The position numbers and the translations under genes are program-made. A stretch of DNA of 64,000 bases from the human T2T-CHM13v2.0 reference genome, Homo sapiens. The stretch lies in NCBI RefSeq assembly GCF_009914755.1, contig NC_060938.1; one strand, given 5' to 3'. Below are positions 24,090 through 38,372 of the stretch, piece by piece. Under the pieces are notes generated by a model. The model saw nothing but the letters and a program-made list of their open reading frames with translations. It ran no database searches and was not told where the DNA came from. Positions within the stretch are counted from its first letter, which is position 1, and every line of letters starts with the position of its first letter.

Positions 24090-25298
24090 TATTTGATTAA
24101 ATCATTCATTGCCATATGCAAAATGGGTATTGGGGAATATAAACCCTTTGGAGTCTATGATGTTTTCCAATCCTAATTCTTACCTCTGACATTTTTGGAA
24201 CCTAAAGATTGTTTTTATGCTTGAGCAATCAGATGATGTTTGGGGAAGAGTATGGAGCTAGAGTAGATGGTTTTTTTTTGAAATACAATTCCCTTTAAAA
24301 CTTTCAGTGTTTCTAATGCAATTAGTTTATGCATGAGAAACCTCAACCAAACTTATTTTCTAAACATAATTCTTAAGCTGATTTATTTAACCAAATGAAT
24401 GCTCACTACCTCAAGGATATTTGAAAAACTAAGCTTAGCTAAGAAGGTAGGACTCTAGGTTACATACTTGGCTTTTTTTAGCTGAGAAATCTTTCTGGGT
24501 CTTTGGAATTCAAGACCTATTTTAGTCTTACCTCTTTCTATTTGGCCTCCAGAAACACTTGTTTTTTCCAAAGCTTTAAGGGTCTTGATCTCCAGACTTT
24601 CCCCATTTTCTCCAATCTCTTGTAAAAAATCAGAAAACTCTAACCTAAGAGCATCTCTTTATTATTATGTCTTAACAGGAAAGCCAATATACAGCATCAA
24701 TCTGATTCTTCCCAATGACTTACTAAGACTGTAGGCTCAGTAGCCTCATTGTCTACAAGACTCCTCTACATGCAGATGCCTGTGTTTCCTTGCTGGTGGC
24801 TACCCACAATTACACCATGCCACGTATTTTAGGCTTTCATTATAGGATATCACACTTGAAAATACTGATTTCCATATTAGTCAGGGTAGGCTAATTGCTA
24901 TAACAAACAACCCCAAATGCTCTATGACTTGATGGAATAAAATTATTTCACTCACATGTACAGAACAATTCAATGTGGTTTGTTATTGGACATCTTTAAA
25001 TATAACTCAGGCACTGGCTGCTCCCATATTGGGTTTCTGCTGACCTCCAGTTTGTTGGAGTTCCCTAAAACTAACCTATAGGCAGGAGAAAATAGAAAAT
25101 TACATGGAAGCTTTCATCATCTGGGCCTACTAATTATGTGTATCACATTCAGTTACATTCAATTGATAAGAATTCAGTCACATGACTTCAACTAACTAGA
25201 AAGATAGTGAATAAAGTGATAAAACTCTGAACCCAGGAAAAAAATGATAAATAATTTGGTAAACAATGAAACCCATCTTTATCATAATAAACGTGTGA

Positions 25299-25617
<319 letters not shown>

Positions 25618-27016
25618 AGAGCACAGTTTTGTACATTGGTCTTTAATAATAAATTTTATAGCTTTTCTAAGTTCCTCTACAATTTCACCCAAAATCCAGC
25701 AACTCTATCAAGTCTTTCTTCACTAAAAATATTAGCTGTGGTGAAACACCACAGCCCAGAAAGGTAAAACTTCAGTATTTAAGCTATTCTTTTCTATTTT
25801 AGTCTTTTATAATTATTTGACTAATATTTGGTATCAAAAAGCTACATGTCCCTGCACCACATCTCAGGAGGCAACAGCCCTCTAGCTAATATGTCCACCT
25901 GAAAATGTACTTGATTCTGTTACCTGTGAAATAGAACTGCATAGACTTGATGTCGATTTTATATATATTACTAAATATCCATGCAGCTTTACAAAATGCA
26001 AACCCATTCAGAAAGATGGTTGTTTAAATTTTTAAAACAAACTGTTCAGAAGCATTTAAGACATTATTCTAAATGTTACAACACCAAATGGGGTTAATTT
26101 AAACTAGAAGGTTTTAGAGAAGATTAATGAGTATATTTACATGTTGATATGTTAACCTCCACATCTTTTCATATTTTTATTTAACTTATGATATTCTGTA
26201 TTAGACATCTCCAATAAAATGTTCACTAGGGTGCATTAATAAAACTAATTTAAAGCAATAAACTATCTTAAGTAATCTAGGTGATATAGGTAATATATAT
26301 TTATTGCTAAACATTATAAAATGTAAAAAAGACTTACATAAGAAAATTCAAATCACCTTTAACACTATATTTTATAAAGAAACTCTTGGAAAAAGTAGGA
26401 AATAAATATAGGCATATTTTAAATAATTTAGGTATTATAATCATATATTATCTATACTTATTATCATGTTGTTAATATTCCCTATGGCATTAAATATTGT
26501 TAGAGGTGAAAATATTTTATAACAACAGCCTTTTGACAAATGGGTATAGGCTTATAGATTTTACTAAGACCCTAAGTTTGGAATTGTAGATGGTTTTTAT
26601 ATTTTTATTCTTATAAATTATAGTACACAATATTTTACTTAAATCTTTCTGTGTATCTGAATATATACTCTGTATAAATATTTAAGGTGCAATATTCTTA
26701 TTTTTCAAACTTTTATTTTTAACCCATAATGCTCTTGGGTCTACAAATCAACGTATATTTTTCTTTCTGCCTTAAATTAATTTTGTAGTTCCCCTATCTA
26801 ATTAAGATACACTGAGTTCTATAAATAATTATACTACCAGTTAAATAAATCTTATAATGGCTTGGTTGGTGATTGAGCCCTTTTTTATCTTAGGCATACT
26901 TTCAACCTAGCTTAATATAATTAATGAGTTTTCTATAATATTCCACTGGTAGTGAATGTTTAGTGTTATAGTACCCAATGGTACCAATTAAATATACAAC
27001 CAAAGCTGTTGAGTTT

Positions 27017-27050
<34 letters not shown>

Positions 27051-27055
27051 CACAC
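27017..27055. repeat. (TG)n(TA)12(CA)n compound microsatellite
   Basis: Direct inspection; self-complementary arrangement. Confidence 0.9.
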
Positions 27056-28314
27056 TCACAGATAATCTAAATATCATATATGTAAATATCAATATTAAGA
27101 TTTAAAATATGTTTCCATTTATATTTCAGAAATGCATATGAAATGCATACATTTTATAATAGCTGTTATATATATGCATATACACATATATGTATGTGTA
27201 TATCTTTATATACATAGAGGTTATTTTCTAAGCCTAGATATGCTCATATTTAAATTGTTAATACATAATACATCCAAAACTATATCTGCATGCATTATAA
27301 CATAAATTACATGTTTACATTTAAGTCTTTAATTTTTTTGAAACCCTATAGGTGCATGAACACATACATATTCCTTAATTCAGATTCACCTACATGAGTT
27401 AGAAAAAGTGATAATTTGAAAGTAGAATAAACTTAAAAATTAATTGTTTTATTTTAAATATGCATCAATAATTTTAAGTGATTAATCAAATTGTGCCAAA
27501 TATATTTCCTGGTCTGCATAGTTGAACTTTATAAACTTTGATTCTCACACATGATTTGTATTTAATTAATACAAGTTTCATTCTTCATACAGTGCAGTTT
27601 TACTGCATTCCATTTATGTAGTTGGTCCTTATAATAGGCTAAATATCTTCACTAGTATGGGATGAAGTTTTCTACACATAATCTTTAAATTTTGGACTAT
27701 AAACCCTTTATGTTTTGTTCTGCTCCAACATTTTGTTGTATTTATTCTATACTTTTAATTGTTAACCATACTTTATGAAAGTTCTTATTATTTTTGCACT
27801 TATTTTTCTTTTGTATTATCTGTTTGTTAAGTATATTTAAGGAGCATTCCAAGCACTAGATTTAAAGAGACAAATGCTTTAGCACAACTTTCATAAGCAC
27901 TCAATTTTTCTTTGTAGACCTAATTCCTTTTTATGAATTCTCAGAAATACTTTGTAACTTTTCTACTGCCTTGTTTCTTTGCTATGCAGTTGCATAGAAT
28001 TACTCCAATTCTCTAATCTATCATGGGCTTTTTTATCCAGAAAAAGCCAGTTCAAAAATGCCACCAAAGGAAAGTACTGCAACAATTATTCCAACCTATA
28101 CTAAAAAAATACTTAGTTTCAGGGTGCTAGTCTCCAAAATGGGAATAATCACAATTACCTCCCAGAAGGAAGAAATTCTCATGTGTCTAGTAGCAAATAT
28201 ATCTCATTTTGGGCAGTGTTATGGTTACATATTCTTATACTCATCAATCTTTAATAGTAAGTCTTCACTTGCTATACATTATTATACTGCAGCTTAGTTT
28301 GTGACATGCCTTCC

Positions 28315-28455
28315 TTCTCTAGTAGAGTGTAAGCTTCTCAAAGACAGAGAAGGTTTCAGTCATCTTTTATTGCTGTATATTTCCTGAGAAAAGTTCATGA
28401 CCTTAAAGTATTCAATAAATGTTGAATATATGAATAGATGAATGATTGAATGAGT
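28315..28455 (+). mobile_element. L2 3' end fragment
   Basis: TAGAGTGTAAGCTTCTCAAAGACAG...TCAATAAATGTTGAAT...(TGAA)n tail. Confidence 0.7.
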
Positions 28456-31400
28456 TAGCAACAGTGAGCATTTGAGTTAGAGACTTTCAATGATCTTGTC
28501 TACATACTGATTCTATGTATTATTTCCAGTAAAATAAATTTTTTTCTAGTCTCTTGCTTAGAATAGTAGGTATTTGATTAGAAGGATAAAATGAAATAGC
28601 ACGCCAATTTTCTTCATCATTTTAGAAGAGAAAAAAACTTTTGAGTACATTTGCTTGTGGGTAAAGAACATTTAGACTTGAGGTGGGAGAGGGAACAATT
28701 AGAAGAAATTATAGAATGACTGACAGTTCTTCAAAGTGAACAGATAAATCTTATTACAATCTAGAAAAACTTCAGCCTTAAGATCATCTAATTTGGGGTG
28801 CTCCATATTTTATCAATGCTAATAATTCTGAAATTTCTCTAATTCAAATGTTATGTCTAAAGGCAACACAAAAGATGTTATCTAGAGAATAATTTTGCTG
28901 AGAAGTAATTCTCCAGTCCTTTTATTCTTCCCTACTTTAGTGTGAAAAGTTCCAAAGAGTAGAATTCATATAAATTTTCGCTCTCTTAATTGTGCTATGA
29001 TAAATATTTAACCTGATTCAGTCAAAAGAACACAATATGATAATTTTAAAATATTTTTAAATAAACTGAGGTTGTTTAACACCAAAGCTGTATCTTGTAG
29101 CCAAAGTTTAAACCATGTCTAAATGGATGTATACAGAAAAATGAATTAGCATGAACAGTTAACTTATCTTGGTTTTCCAGGAAAGAGCTTGCATTTACAG
29201 GGTCAGGTGCTTATAGTTCACATTCATCTGAGACCTACAACACATTAAGAAACAACGTTATTAGGGAGATCTTAAATCTCATTGGTTTTACAGTTTCCAA
29301 GAATATTGTTTAAAAGCTCAGCTGCCCTAGAAAATCCTTTTGGATTACTCCTCTCATCCTATGACCCAACAGTAGTTTTATGCATATTTTAATATGAACT
29401 TATGAAAACAGTATCATAGAAGAGACAAAGTCATTGCTTTACCAATCTAATGAAGATTGTTACCTCGGTTTACCACAATTCTAGTATATTCTAAATTCTC
29501 AGTACAACTTAAATATTGACAGTAATTAAATTATAATACTTAAGAGCATGAGATAATTTTTAAAACAATTAAAGAGGCATGGGAGAATTATCACAATGGG
29601 GAATTTCTCTTGTATCAGCTGTTATAATAAAAGTTATGCAGGTGTTACTTTCAAATTTATACCCTGGAGGGTATAGCCTATATATTTTTTCCATTTTGTG
29701 AAAGAAGATAATGTAGCTCCAAGGTCGTATGTTTAATTATTTGCAAAGGTGAGTTATTTTTCTTATCCAATTTTTCACAATGTCTGTGTTTTCTATGTTC
29801 TGTTTATGCTTTTATCTCATCTATAGGTGGACTTTCTTCTCCATAAATTGGTAATCTAATCCAGGTCAAAGCTTGAATCCCACTCAAATACTGTTACTTT
29901 CCCAGTACTAGTACTCACAGGGTTAACACTTTATAAAGAAATGAGAATTTAATTATTAAAATGTGAGTCAGGAAGAAAAAAAAATATTTGAATCTTGAGC
30001 TTGTAGAGTTAATCGAATCAAAATATTCTGAACTGCATGGGTATGAGAAAGAAAAGCATTAATGGTGGCATACAGTCCAATAATTCATTATCATGAATCA
30101 TACTGATGCCTCCGTATATAAGACAAAGATGAAAAGTGTGTTGCTAAAATTTGTTCATATATCATTTCTGTTCAGTGAGAATGAAAATGTAATATCAGAA
30201 ATACTAATCTTCCAACTGCCAAAGATTAGCAGTTTCAGATAGAACTGAAATAAAAGTATTTTTTCTCTTAGGATCAACGACCTCTCATTTTGACAAAACT
30301 ACACTTCAATTTTCATTGGGAAATTTTAAATGCCTCTTGCAGCTGCCTTTTGAAAATTAAGCCTAATTAAAGAAAATGGCAAGGGAATACTTGGCTCAAC
30401 TCAAGCTAGGCCGTCCCAGAAATTTACTTTGCAACAATACGATCAGTATTTTGGGAATATTCACATGTATGTACATGAACGCAGCAATTATTATCAGTCC
30501 TGAAAGAGCTCACAGTTTAGTTGAGGACATAGTATCAATATCCAGGAAAAAAAAGAAACTTTTCAAAAAAATGGGATAATAAGGCTGCAAATTTTCAGGG
30601 AAAAAAGATGATAAATCAATGTGGATTGGACTGATTTGGATGACTTCATGTAACTTGATCTAGCTTAGAAGTTGAATAGAGTTGGGAGAGATACAATATT
30701 GATTCATTTCAGACAAGGATGGACACAAGTATATAAGCAAATATACAAAATATTTTAAGAAATACCAAAAAGGTCAATCGCCTAAGATGTATAAGCAGTT
30801 TCTTGAGAAAAAGGAAGTGAAATATCTGCCACCATTTATATAATGTCACATGAAATATACAGTTTCCTTTCAATTACATTGAGTGTTAGAAAAAGGAAGA
30901 GATTTGAAGGAATGAAATTTAAAAGGCTACGTTGGGAAAAGGTGAGACCTAGAGTACTAGGCCTGTGTTCAGTACTACATATTAATGAGATTTGGGGGTG
31001 TAGTCACCCCTGAGTTGAGTAAGGATCAGAGAGATAAATTGCTTTGCATAATATAGTGAAGTTGATCAAGTTTCAATATAAGCCCCATGAAAGAAATAAA
31101 AGGGAGGCAGTGAACCACATGGCAGGAAGCTTGTGAATTACAGCATAAGTTGGCCATTAAAATTTCACAGTGGCAAGTTTCAAAACTTTTAAAAACAGCG
31201 ATGCCAATATTCAGTTTTAAAATGCTGTAAAATGCCTCCATCTCTCCAATGAAGTCTGCTACTCACGAAAATTGTGTGATGGTATTTTTGAAGAAAACCA
31301 CAAAAAGGTACTGATTTCCACGTACAGATTTGTTCAGAGCAGAGGGGAGACCATATACACAAGATGCGATTAAGATAAAAGGTTCAAACCTATCAGAGGC

Positions 31401-32053
31401 TGTATATCTGGTATGGATGCTATCATGGGATCATAATTCAGAGATCTTAAATCATTTGGATGCCTACTGTATCAGCAATTAGATTCTTAAGTTGAAAGTC
31501 TTACAAGAAAAATAATGATACACTGAAAGCAGCACTTCAAAAGTAATCATGTCTTAGGCTTCTCAAATAAAACTTGGAAATTATTTGCTGAAACTCTTCA
31601 TAAACCTTTTGTTCAACGTCACTGTTATTCCAATTCCAATAAACCTTACAATTTTCTTCAGGCAGTGCATTTCTTTCTTCTTTTAGTAGTGTGTTGAGGA
31701 TACTTTGCTTTCCATTATTTGCATCTCTATACTATGGAACAACATAAAACTAAATAAATGGTTATTTTTCTCCTCAAAATGGCAAATTGTTAAAAATGGA
31801 GAATATTACTACTGTGGACTTCCCTGTTTTTCTTTCCCAAAATAAAAAACGTTGGTTTTCTTCATTTTTATTTTGAAGGGTATGTTGTTTAGCATCCTCA
31901 CTAGCCTGATATTTTCTGTATTGAATCAGCTACTTTTTCAGTACTCCCAAATTCTTTTTTTGAGTGATGCTCAGAGTTTACCACAGTGGCAGCATAAACT
32001 AACCAGGGTGGAAATGTAAGAAGAGAGTGTCAGCAACATGACACACAGACAAA

Positions 32054-32418
32054 CAAGGATACCTCATTTTACTGTGCTTCCCTTGGTTATGCTTCACAGA
32101 TACTATGTTTTTCACAAATTGAAGGTTTATGGCAACCCTGCATCAAACAAGGCTGTCAGAGCCCCTTTTCCAACAACATCTGCTCATTTCATTAGAATAT
32201 TTTAGCAATAAAATATTTTTAAATTATAGTATGTAGATTTTTAAGACATAATGATATTGCACTGTTAATAAATGACAGTATAGTATAAACATAAACATCA
32301 TAGTACATACTTATATGTACTGGGAAACCAAAAATATTCATGTTACTCACTTTATTGCAATATTCACTTTACTGTAGTGGTCTGGAACTAAATCCAGAAT
32401 ATCTTCAAGGTATATCTG
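32054..32418 (+). mobile_element. Internally deleted Tigger1 retaining both termini
   Basis: 5' end ATACCTCATTTTACTGTGC...GGCAACCCTGC joined at ~32190 to 3' end TTTTAGCAATAAA...AGGTATATCTG|TA. Confidence 0.88.
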
Positions 32419-32585
32419 TAATCCAATGTGATGAGATGTAAAAGATAAAATTTGATGAAGAATAAAGATTTCAGAAATTGCTACGAAAAACAAATAAAAA
32501 TTGGGTCTACAATTTAACACTTGGTATATAAAGAGCACTCACCACAATTACTCTAATATCCTTAAAGAAAAAGGATACCACTATC

Positions 32586-33014
32586 TGTCTTAGTTTGTTT
32601 TATATTGATATAACAGAATACCTGAAGCTGGAAAACTTATATAGAAAAAAGGTTTATTTGGTTCATAATTTTGGTGGCTGGAAAGTCCAAGAGCATGGCA
32701 ATGGCATCTGCTCACTTCTGGTGAGGGGCCTGTGCTACATCAGGACATAGTGAAGAAGCAGAAACATGAGTGGGTGTGTGCAAAGAGAAAGTGAACACCA
32801 GGAGGAAACTTGCCTTATAACAACCTGTCTCTCATGATAACTAATCCACTCCCTACAGAGAGAGAACTCAGTCCTGAGTGGCAGCATTAATTTATTTACG
32901 AGGGCTACACCCCCCAAACATCTTTCACTGGATCCCACTTCCCAACAATGCCACAATGGAAATTAAATTTTAATATGATTACCCAAGGAAACAAACCATA
33001 CTGAAATCACAGCA
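32586..33014 (-). mobile_element. MaLR solo LTR, MST family (MSTB2/MSTC-like)
   Basis: TGTCTTAGTTTGTTT...AAATCACAGCA; TSD ctatc/ctgtc. Confidence 0.8.
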
Positions 33015-33794
33015 CTGTCCAACAACTTTAAGTTTTACATTGGCATTAATATGCTCAATATTTAAATAAATTTAGTCAATTATATGAAAAATCAATCTTC
33101 TTTTAATTGCCATGAATCATATACTCCAGATGCAAACCATGTGCAAAGGTTGATTAATACGATGTAAGCAAGTATTAACTATTAAGAATAAAGCAATTTG
33201 ATTCAAAATGTGAAAAACTATCATAGAAAAAGATGACAACATGTGTCAGGTTAGGAAAGCACCTAGTGAAATAACTGCCTATCCCCTTTATTTCGACTAG
33301 GAAGAAGCCAGTGTTATATTGGTTAGCAGCAAAACTTGCACACCAAAAAATGCAACCAAATTTGGAAATGTTATGTAATATTACAAAGAAAAAATTTGGG
33401 AAATTTTCCAATACTACTTCACCACAAGTGAGAAAAAAAGTTTTAATTAAAAGTGAAGGAGGACTAGATGTTTGAATCATTCCAAGTTTCATATATATAT
33501 TTAATTAACCAAACTCAATAACACTTGAAAATTTATGAACCAGTTGCATATCAAGCATTGGTTTTATCATTTTGCAAACATTAACTCATAATGTAATACC
33601 TATAACAGCCCTATAAAGAATTTTGTATGTATGATATTTATGAGAAGATGAACTGTTACTCTTTAGTTAAATTTACAAATGCTTCACTAAAACGTATCTA
33701 TTTAAAAAGATCTTCCCCCAAAATAACATACTGGATCATCCTGCAATACCAACATTTCATCTAATAATCCTAGTTTTGGGATTAATATAACTGT

Positions 33795-34137
33795 AATGTT
33801 CCTTGGTATCTAGGGAAAATTGGTTCAAGGACCCCATGAATACCCAAATTAGAAGATGCTCGAGTTGCTTATATGAAATGGCATAGTATTTGCATTTAAC
33901 CTATGCGCATCCTTATCCTTCTGTACAACTTTATATCATCTCTAGATTACATATAATACCTAATAAAATGTAAATCCTTTGTAAATAATTGTGATACTAT
34001 ATTAAGGAATAATTATAAGGAAAAAAGTATGTACATGTTGAGTACAGACAAAGCCATTTTATGTTTTTCTGACTATATTTGATCTGCAGTTGGCCGAATC
34101 TGTGGATGCCAAACCCATTAATAAGGAGGGCCAATTG
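33795..34137 (+). mobile_element. MER2
   Basis: Same core as 3780-4127; ends GGAGGGCCAATTG|TA. Confidence 0.88.
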
Positions 34138-34347
34138 TATATTGAAACTACTTGGACATATGAAATGGATGGATTTTGATATATAAAGCAGGGATTGTAT
34201 AGAAGGGACCATGTTTAAGCCAAGACAATGGTCAGAGGGGAAGAATTAAATCCAATATATAGTAATGTTAGAGATGTCAAGGAAGAAGTATGTTTAAGTG
34301 ATGTGAAACACATCAGAGATTAACAATATGAAGGGGAGAAAGGTCTC

Positions 34348-34427
34348 TGGAATTAGCAAGAAGAAAGCCATTTGAGGTCTCTGAAGGTGGAATTAGCAAG
34401 AAGAAAGCCATTTGAGTTCTCTGAAGG
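34348..34427. repeat. 40-bp tandem duplication
   Basis: TGGAATTAGCAAGAAGAAAGCCATTTGAG(G/T)TCTCTGAAGG twice, 1 mismatch. Confidence 0.95.
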
Positions 34428-35647
34428 ATCTGTTTCAGAAGAATGATGGGCCTGGACTGTAGATAGCAGTTTAAAAGAGGCCCTAGGTAGATAGGAGTTT
34501 CGTGCAATGAGTGTAGATTAATCATGGGAAAAAGAATGGCAGAGAATAAAGGACAGAAATTCCGTGGTAGATGAAGTAAGCAGCAAGGTCATGTAAAGGT
34601 TTATTATCAATGATTATTGTTATTATTTGGTTATCTTGGTTGAGTCTCTAAATATTTAAATATGGACAGAGAAGAAGGGCTTAGGAAAAAAATGAGAAGA
34701 AGAGGCAGACATGTTGGAAACCAAGATGAATTAAGGGACCAATCTAACAATGGTCATGAACAGAAAGAATAAAGTGTGTGGGTATCAGACAATCTTAAGG
34801 ATGCTAAACTTATCCAAGTTTGTGGCTTAGGAAATTCTTGTTTGTTCAGTAGAACAGAGTGGCTAATACAAATGGGTCTTGATTTGGTACTCAGTTTCAC
34901 TTCCTTTTAAGGTCCTTTGGAAATTCCTTTGTGATGAGTCATATTATCAATGGGCCTAACTTTCTCCAGGGGTAACATGCTTTTTATTTTTTATTTATTT
35001 ATTTTTTTGTTAGTATTCCAGCCACTGAATAACTCATGATTCCTCCCATTTTCAGAATTTAGTTTTCACTGTTTTATTCCAAAGAAATAAACATAAAATA
35101 TTCCTAACAGTTGTTTGCCACACAATTCTGCCAAGCACTAATGTAATTTCCAAACTGCAGTATCCCAATCTACTGGGAATACATTGCAATGTTAAAAGCA
35201 TGATGCACCATCACCAACTCTCTGCTGAAGTCCTTCAAGAGATAGCTCTGCACCCCCTCCAGCTTCATCCCACTACTCATCACAAAGGCCCTCAGCAATA
35301 GGAAACAACTGTTCCTTCTTCCAGCACAATATGCATTACAGCCCCTCAATCTGTAATTATTTTTTACTCCTCTGTCTTTTTTATGAGCTTTGAAAACATA
35401 TCTAGTAATGGAACCTTTTTTAACTGTTCTAACCAGGTTACTTATTCTCTCTTTTGTGTCGTATTATTCTACCAAACATAATTATAATGAATTATTGACA
35501 TATTTGTGTCTTATATGAGACAATAAGACTCATGTCCAGAGACTAAGTTTTCACCTTGGCATTGCCCTCTCTTAGCAGTTTACTTGACTAGAACAAAAAT
35601 TCGTGAAGGAAAAAAGGAAGAAAAGAAGAAAGAAGGGAGGGAAAGAA

Positions 35648-35649
<2 letters not shown>

Positions 35650-35689
<40 letters not shown>
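35650..35689. repeat. (AT)20 microsatellite
   Basis: Direct inspection. Confidence 0.95.
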
Positions 35690-35692
<3 letters not shown>

Positions 35693-36342
35693 AATAATTA
35701 AACAATTATGTAAACTTGTCAGAAATTTACCTCTTTACTTATAGCGGGTATCATATTTTCTGTCATACCAGAGCAATTCTCAGAAGAATTTGACCTCTTG
35801 GAAAAAAAAGGAAACGATATTTTAAACCTTCTTGTCTACCTAGTAGACACAAATGTCTCCCCATAAATGTCACATTCTAAAGGTGTGATCCCCCTGTTTT
35901 CTGAGATCATCAGCAGACACATGGAGATCAGCAAACATCCAAAATAATTTAAATGATCCTCAAGTTGCACACTCAGAATTAACTTTATAGCCACTTCTGG
36001 GAATAAAGTGTTTTCACTCCTCTCCATGACATGAAAGACAGAAAGTTTAGAAATTTGATGTTATAATAACCACCTACCAAAAACTGCAAATTTTCAGCAA
36101 AAAAAATTAAAACCCCATGTGTATCCATTTACATATGGTAAACCTAAATATTATATATATTCTGAAATCAGGCATGCTTAATTCTAAAGAACAAAAAATA
36201 TATACAAATATGAGCTTTAAAATAATTCATTATAAAAATTCACTGAGATTTATATTCGAATAATAATAATTCAAATGGAAATGAACTCAATGTATGTATA
36301 GCACAACAGGATATTTTATGAATACAAGAATTTAAAGCAACT

Positions 36343-36561
36343 ATCATTATTGAGTACTTTATATGTAAAAGTCATTCTCTGAGGAATTTGCATGCATTTT
36401 ATTTTCTAATCATCATATTAACCTACGAGGTAGAATTTTAAACTTTATTTCACAGATTAGAAAATATAGCTTAAGGAGGGAAAGGATGTTTACTGAAAAT
36501 CAAGCAGGTAAACTTAGGATTCAAATTTAAATCCATCTGTGTCAAAGCCTGGGTGCTTAAC
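36343..36561 (-). mobile_element. MIR
   Basis: TTATTGAGTACTT...TTTCACAGATTAGAAAA...GGATTCAAA...TCAAAGCC. Confidence 0.7.
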
Positions 36562-36674
36562 GAATGTTTTACAAGGGCAGTTCAGGGGCTTCCTCAGAAC
36601 ACCAGAAATGTGATTCAATGATGAAATATTTAAGCCATTCACTTTTCAAAAATCTAATTCATGAAATTATTATA

Positions 36675-37275
36675 CAGTGGTTTTACTGTAATGCTTGTTT
36701 TGAAAAGAGATTTCGTTCTGACACGTTTGACATATTAGGGAACAACTTGAGCATAACAGAAATTTCACATTAGTTGTGTGCAATTCCACCCACGATGAAA
36801 ACTAGGTGAACACAGAAAACTGCACTCAGTTTAGCCCAGCTGCATAAAAATACACAAAATACACACAAGTCTAACATCTAACAGCTACCTCACTCCACTC
36901 CATGTGTTATGAGCCAAACTAATCCACATCTGGTGTTACAAATTTCCATTTGATTTCAGATAACACTCTTTCTACCAGTTTATACTAGCCAATGAGAAGT
37001 AACTCTTTCCATATCCACTTCTATAAGCAAACTTCAGGTCTTTCTCAAGGTGAAATGCTATATTTATTATACTAATAATGTATTTCTTAATTATTTAACT
37101 TGTGCTTACTGTCTTTTTTATTAAGCTCTTATTTTTTAACTGGTCACTGATGATGTTTTTGAGTGCTGTGCCCTACTCCGTTTTTTTTCATTAGACTTGT
37201 GGATATCATAGTGTAATTTTGTGCAGCACAGTGATCACTCAGAATACATATATAACATAACAGCAGAACTGACTG
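36675..37275 (+). mobile_element. TcMar-Tigger MITE (~600 bp; subfamily not resolved)
   Basis: TA|CAGTGGTTTTACTGTAATG ... CATAACAGCAGAACTGACTG|TA: imperfect TIRs with a TA TSD. Confidence 0.8.
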
Positions 37276-37847
37276 TATAGTATTGTTGAATAAATGATAT
37301 CCCATGGACCATTTAGGTATCTTAGACACTTTTTTCTCTGAAGAGTTGGCTATTATTAGTCAACACATCGGTTACAATTGGGACTATACATCAAAGATAT
37401 CAGATATCAGGGTGATGTCAGCAAGATGGCAGGATAAGAAAGCCCCAAAACCTTGTTTCTCCCATGAAAATACGAATTGAACAATAATACATGGATCAAT
37501 TCCCTTTGTGAGAAATCTAGAAACCAGTTAAGAGGCTCTTGCACCTCAAATGAGCACAAAAATAACTGCATCAAAGCCAGTGGAAAAATACATGGCACAC
37601 TTTCGCTATAGTTCTTTCCTTGCAGATCACCACCTAAACAGGAGGAAACACAGTTTCTGGCTTGTCCTTCAGAAGAGAAGGAGATGACTGAACCATATGT
37701 TCAATATTCTGACTTTGGGGGGACGTTGCCCATGAGACTGGCTTCTGTCTCTACTGTCTTGCATAACTGACATGACCTGACATATTCTAGGATGCCTGGG
37801 GGATACTGAGAACAAAAACAGATCTGGGTAGTGTGCTGCCGCTTCTT

Positions 37848-38134
<287 letters not shown>

Positions 38135-38241
38135 TGCTGCTGCTTCTTAAAAGGACCCGAGATTCAGCAGACAGACACCAGAGGGAACAAGAGATTACAC
38201 ACTCCTGAAAACAGACACATGCAAACCCTTTTAAGTAGGAC

Positions 38242-38319
38242 TATATATTTATATATATATATATATATTAATTAGGAATATATATGTGTGTGTGTATATA
38301 TATAGGAATATATATGTGG

Positions 38320-38370
<51 letters not shown>
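38242..38370. repeat. Complex (TA)n/(TG)n microsatellite
   Basis: Direct inspection; ends in a pure (TA)n run of about 48 bp. Confidence 0.93.

Positions 38371-38372
<2 letters not shown>

Larger units (their letters stand above)
21700..25290 (-). mobile_element. Ancient MaLR (MLT1K/L-like) provirus remnant: two LTRs (~21700-22089 and ~24873-25290) flanking internal sequence
   Basis: Both ends resemble the MLT1 reverse complement. Junction TACTGATTTCCATATTAGTCAG at ~24863-24884 resembles the MaLR internal/5'LTR junction. The interior is interrupted by L1, Alu and Tigger2. Confidence 0.6.

Noticed and set aside
25640-32050. Long AT-rich stretch searched for exons, RNA genes and processed pseudogenes
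   Set aside because: No convincing splice-site pair, polyA/TSD structure or structured RNA found; the short ORFs look random.
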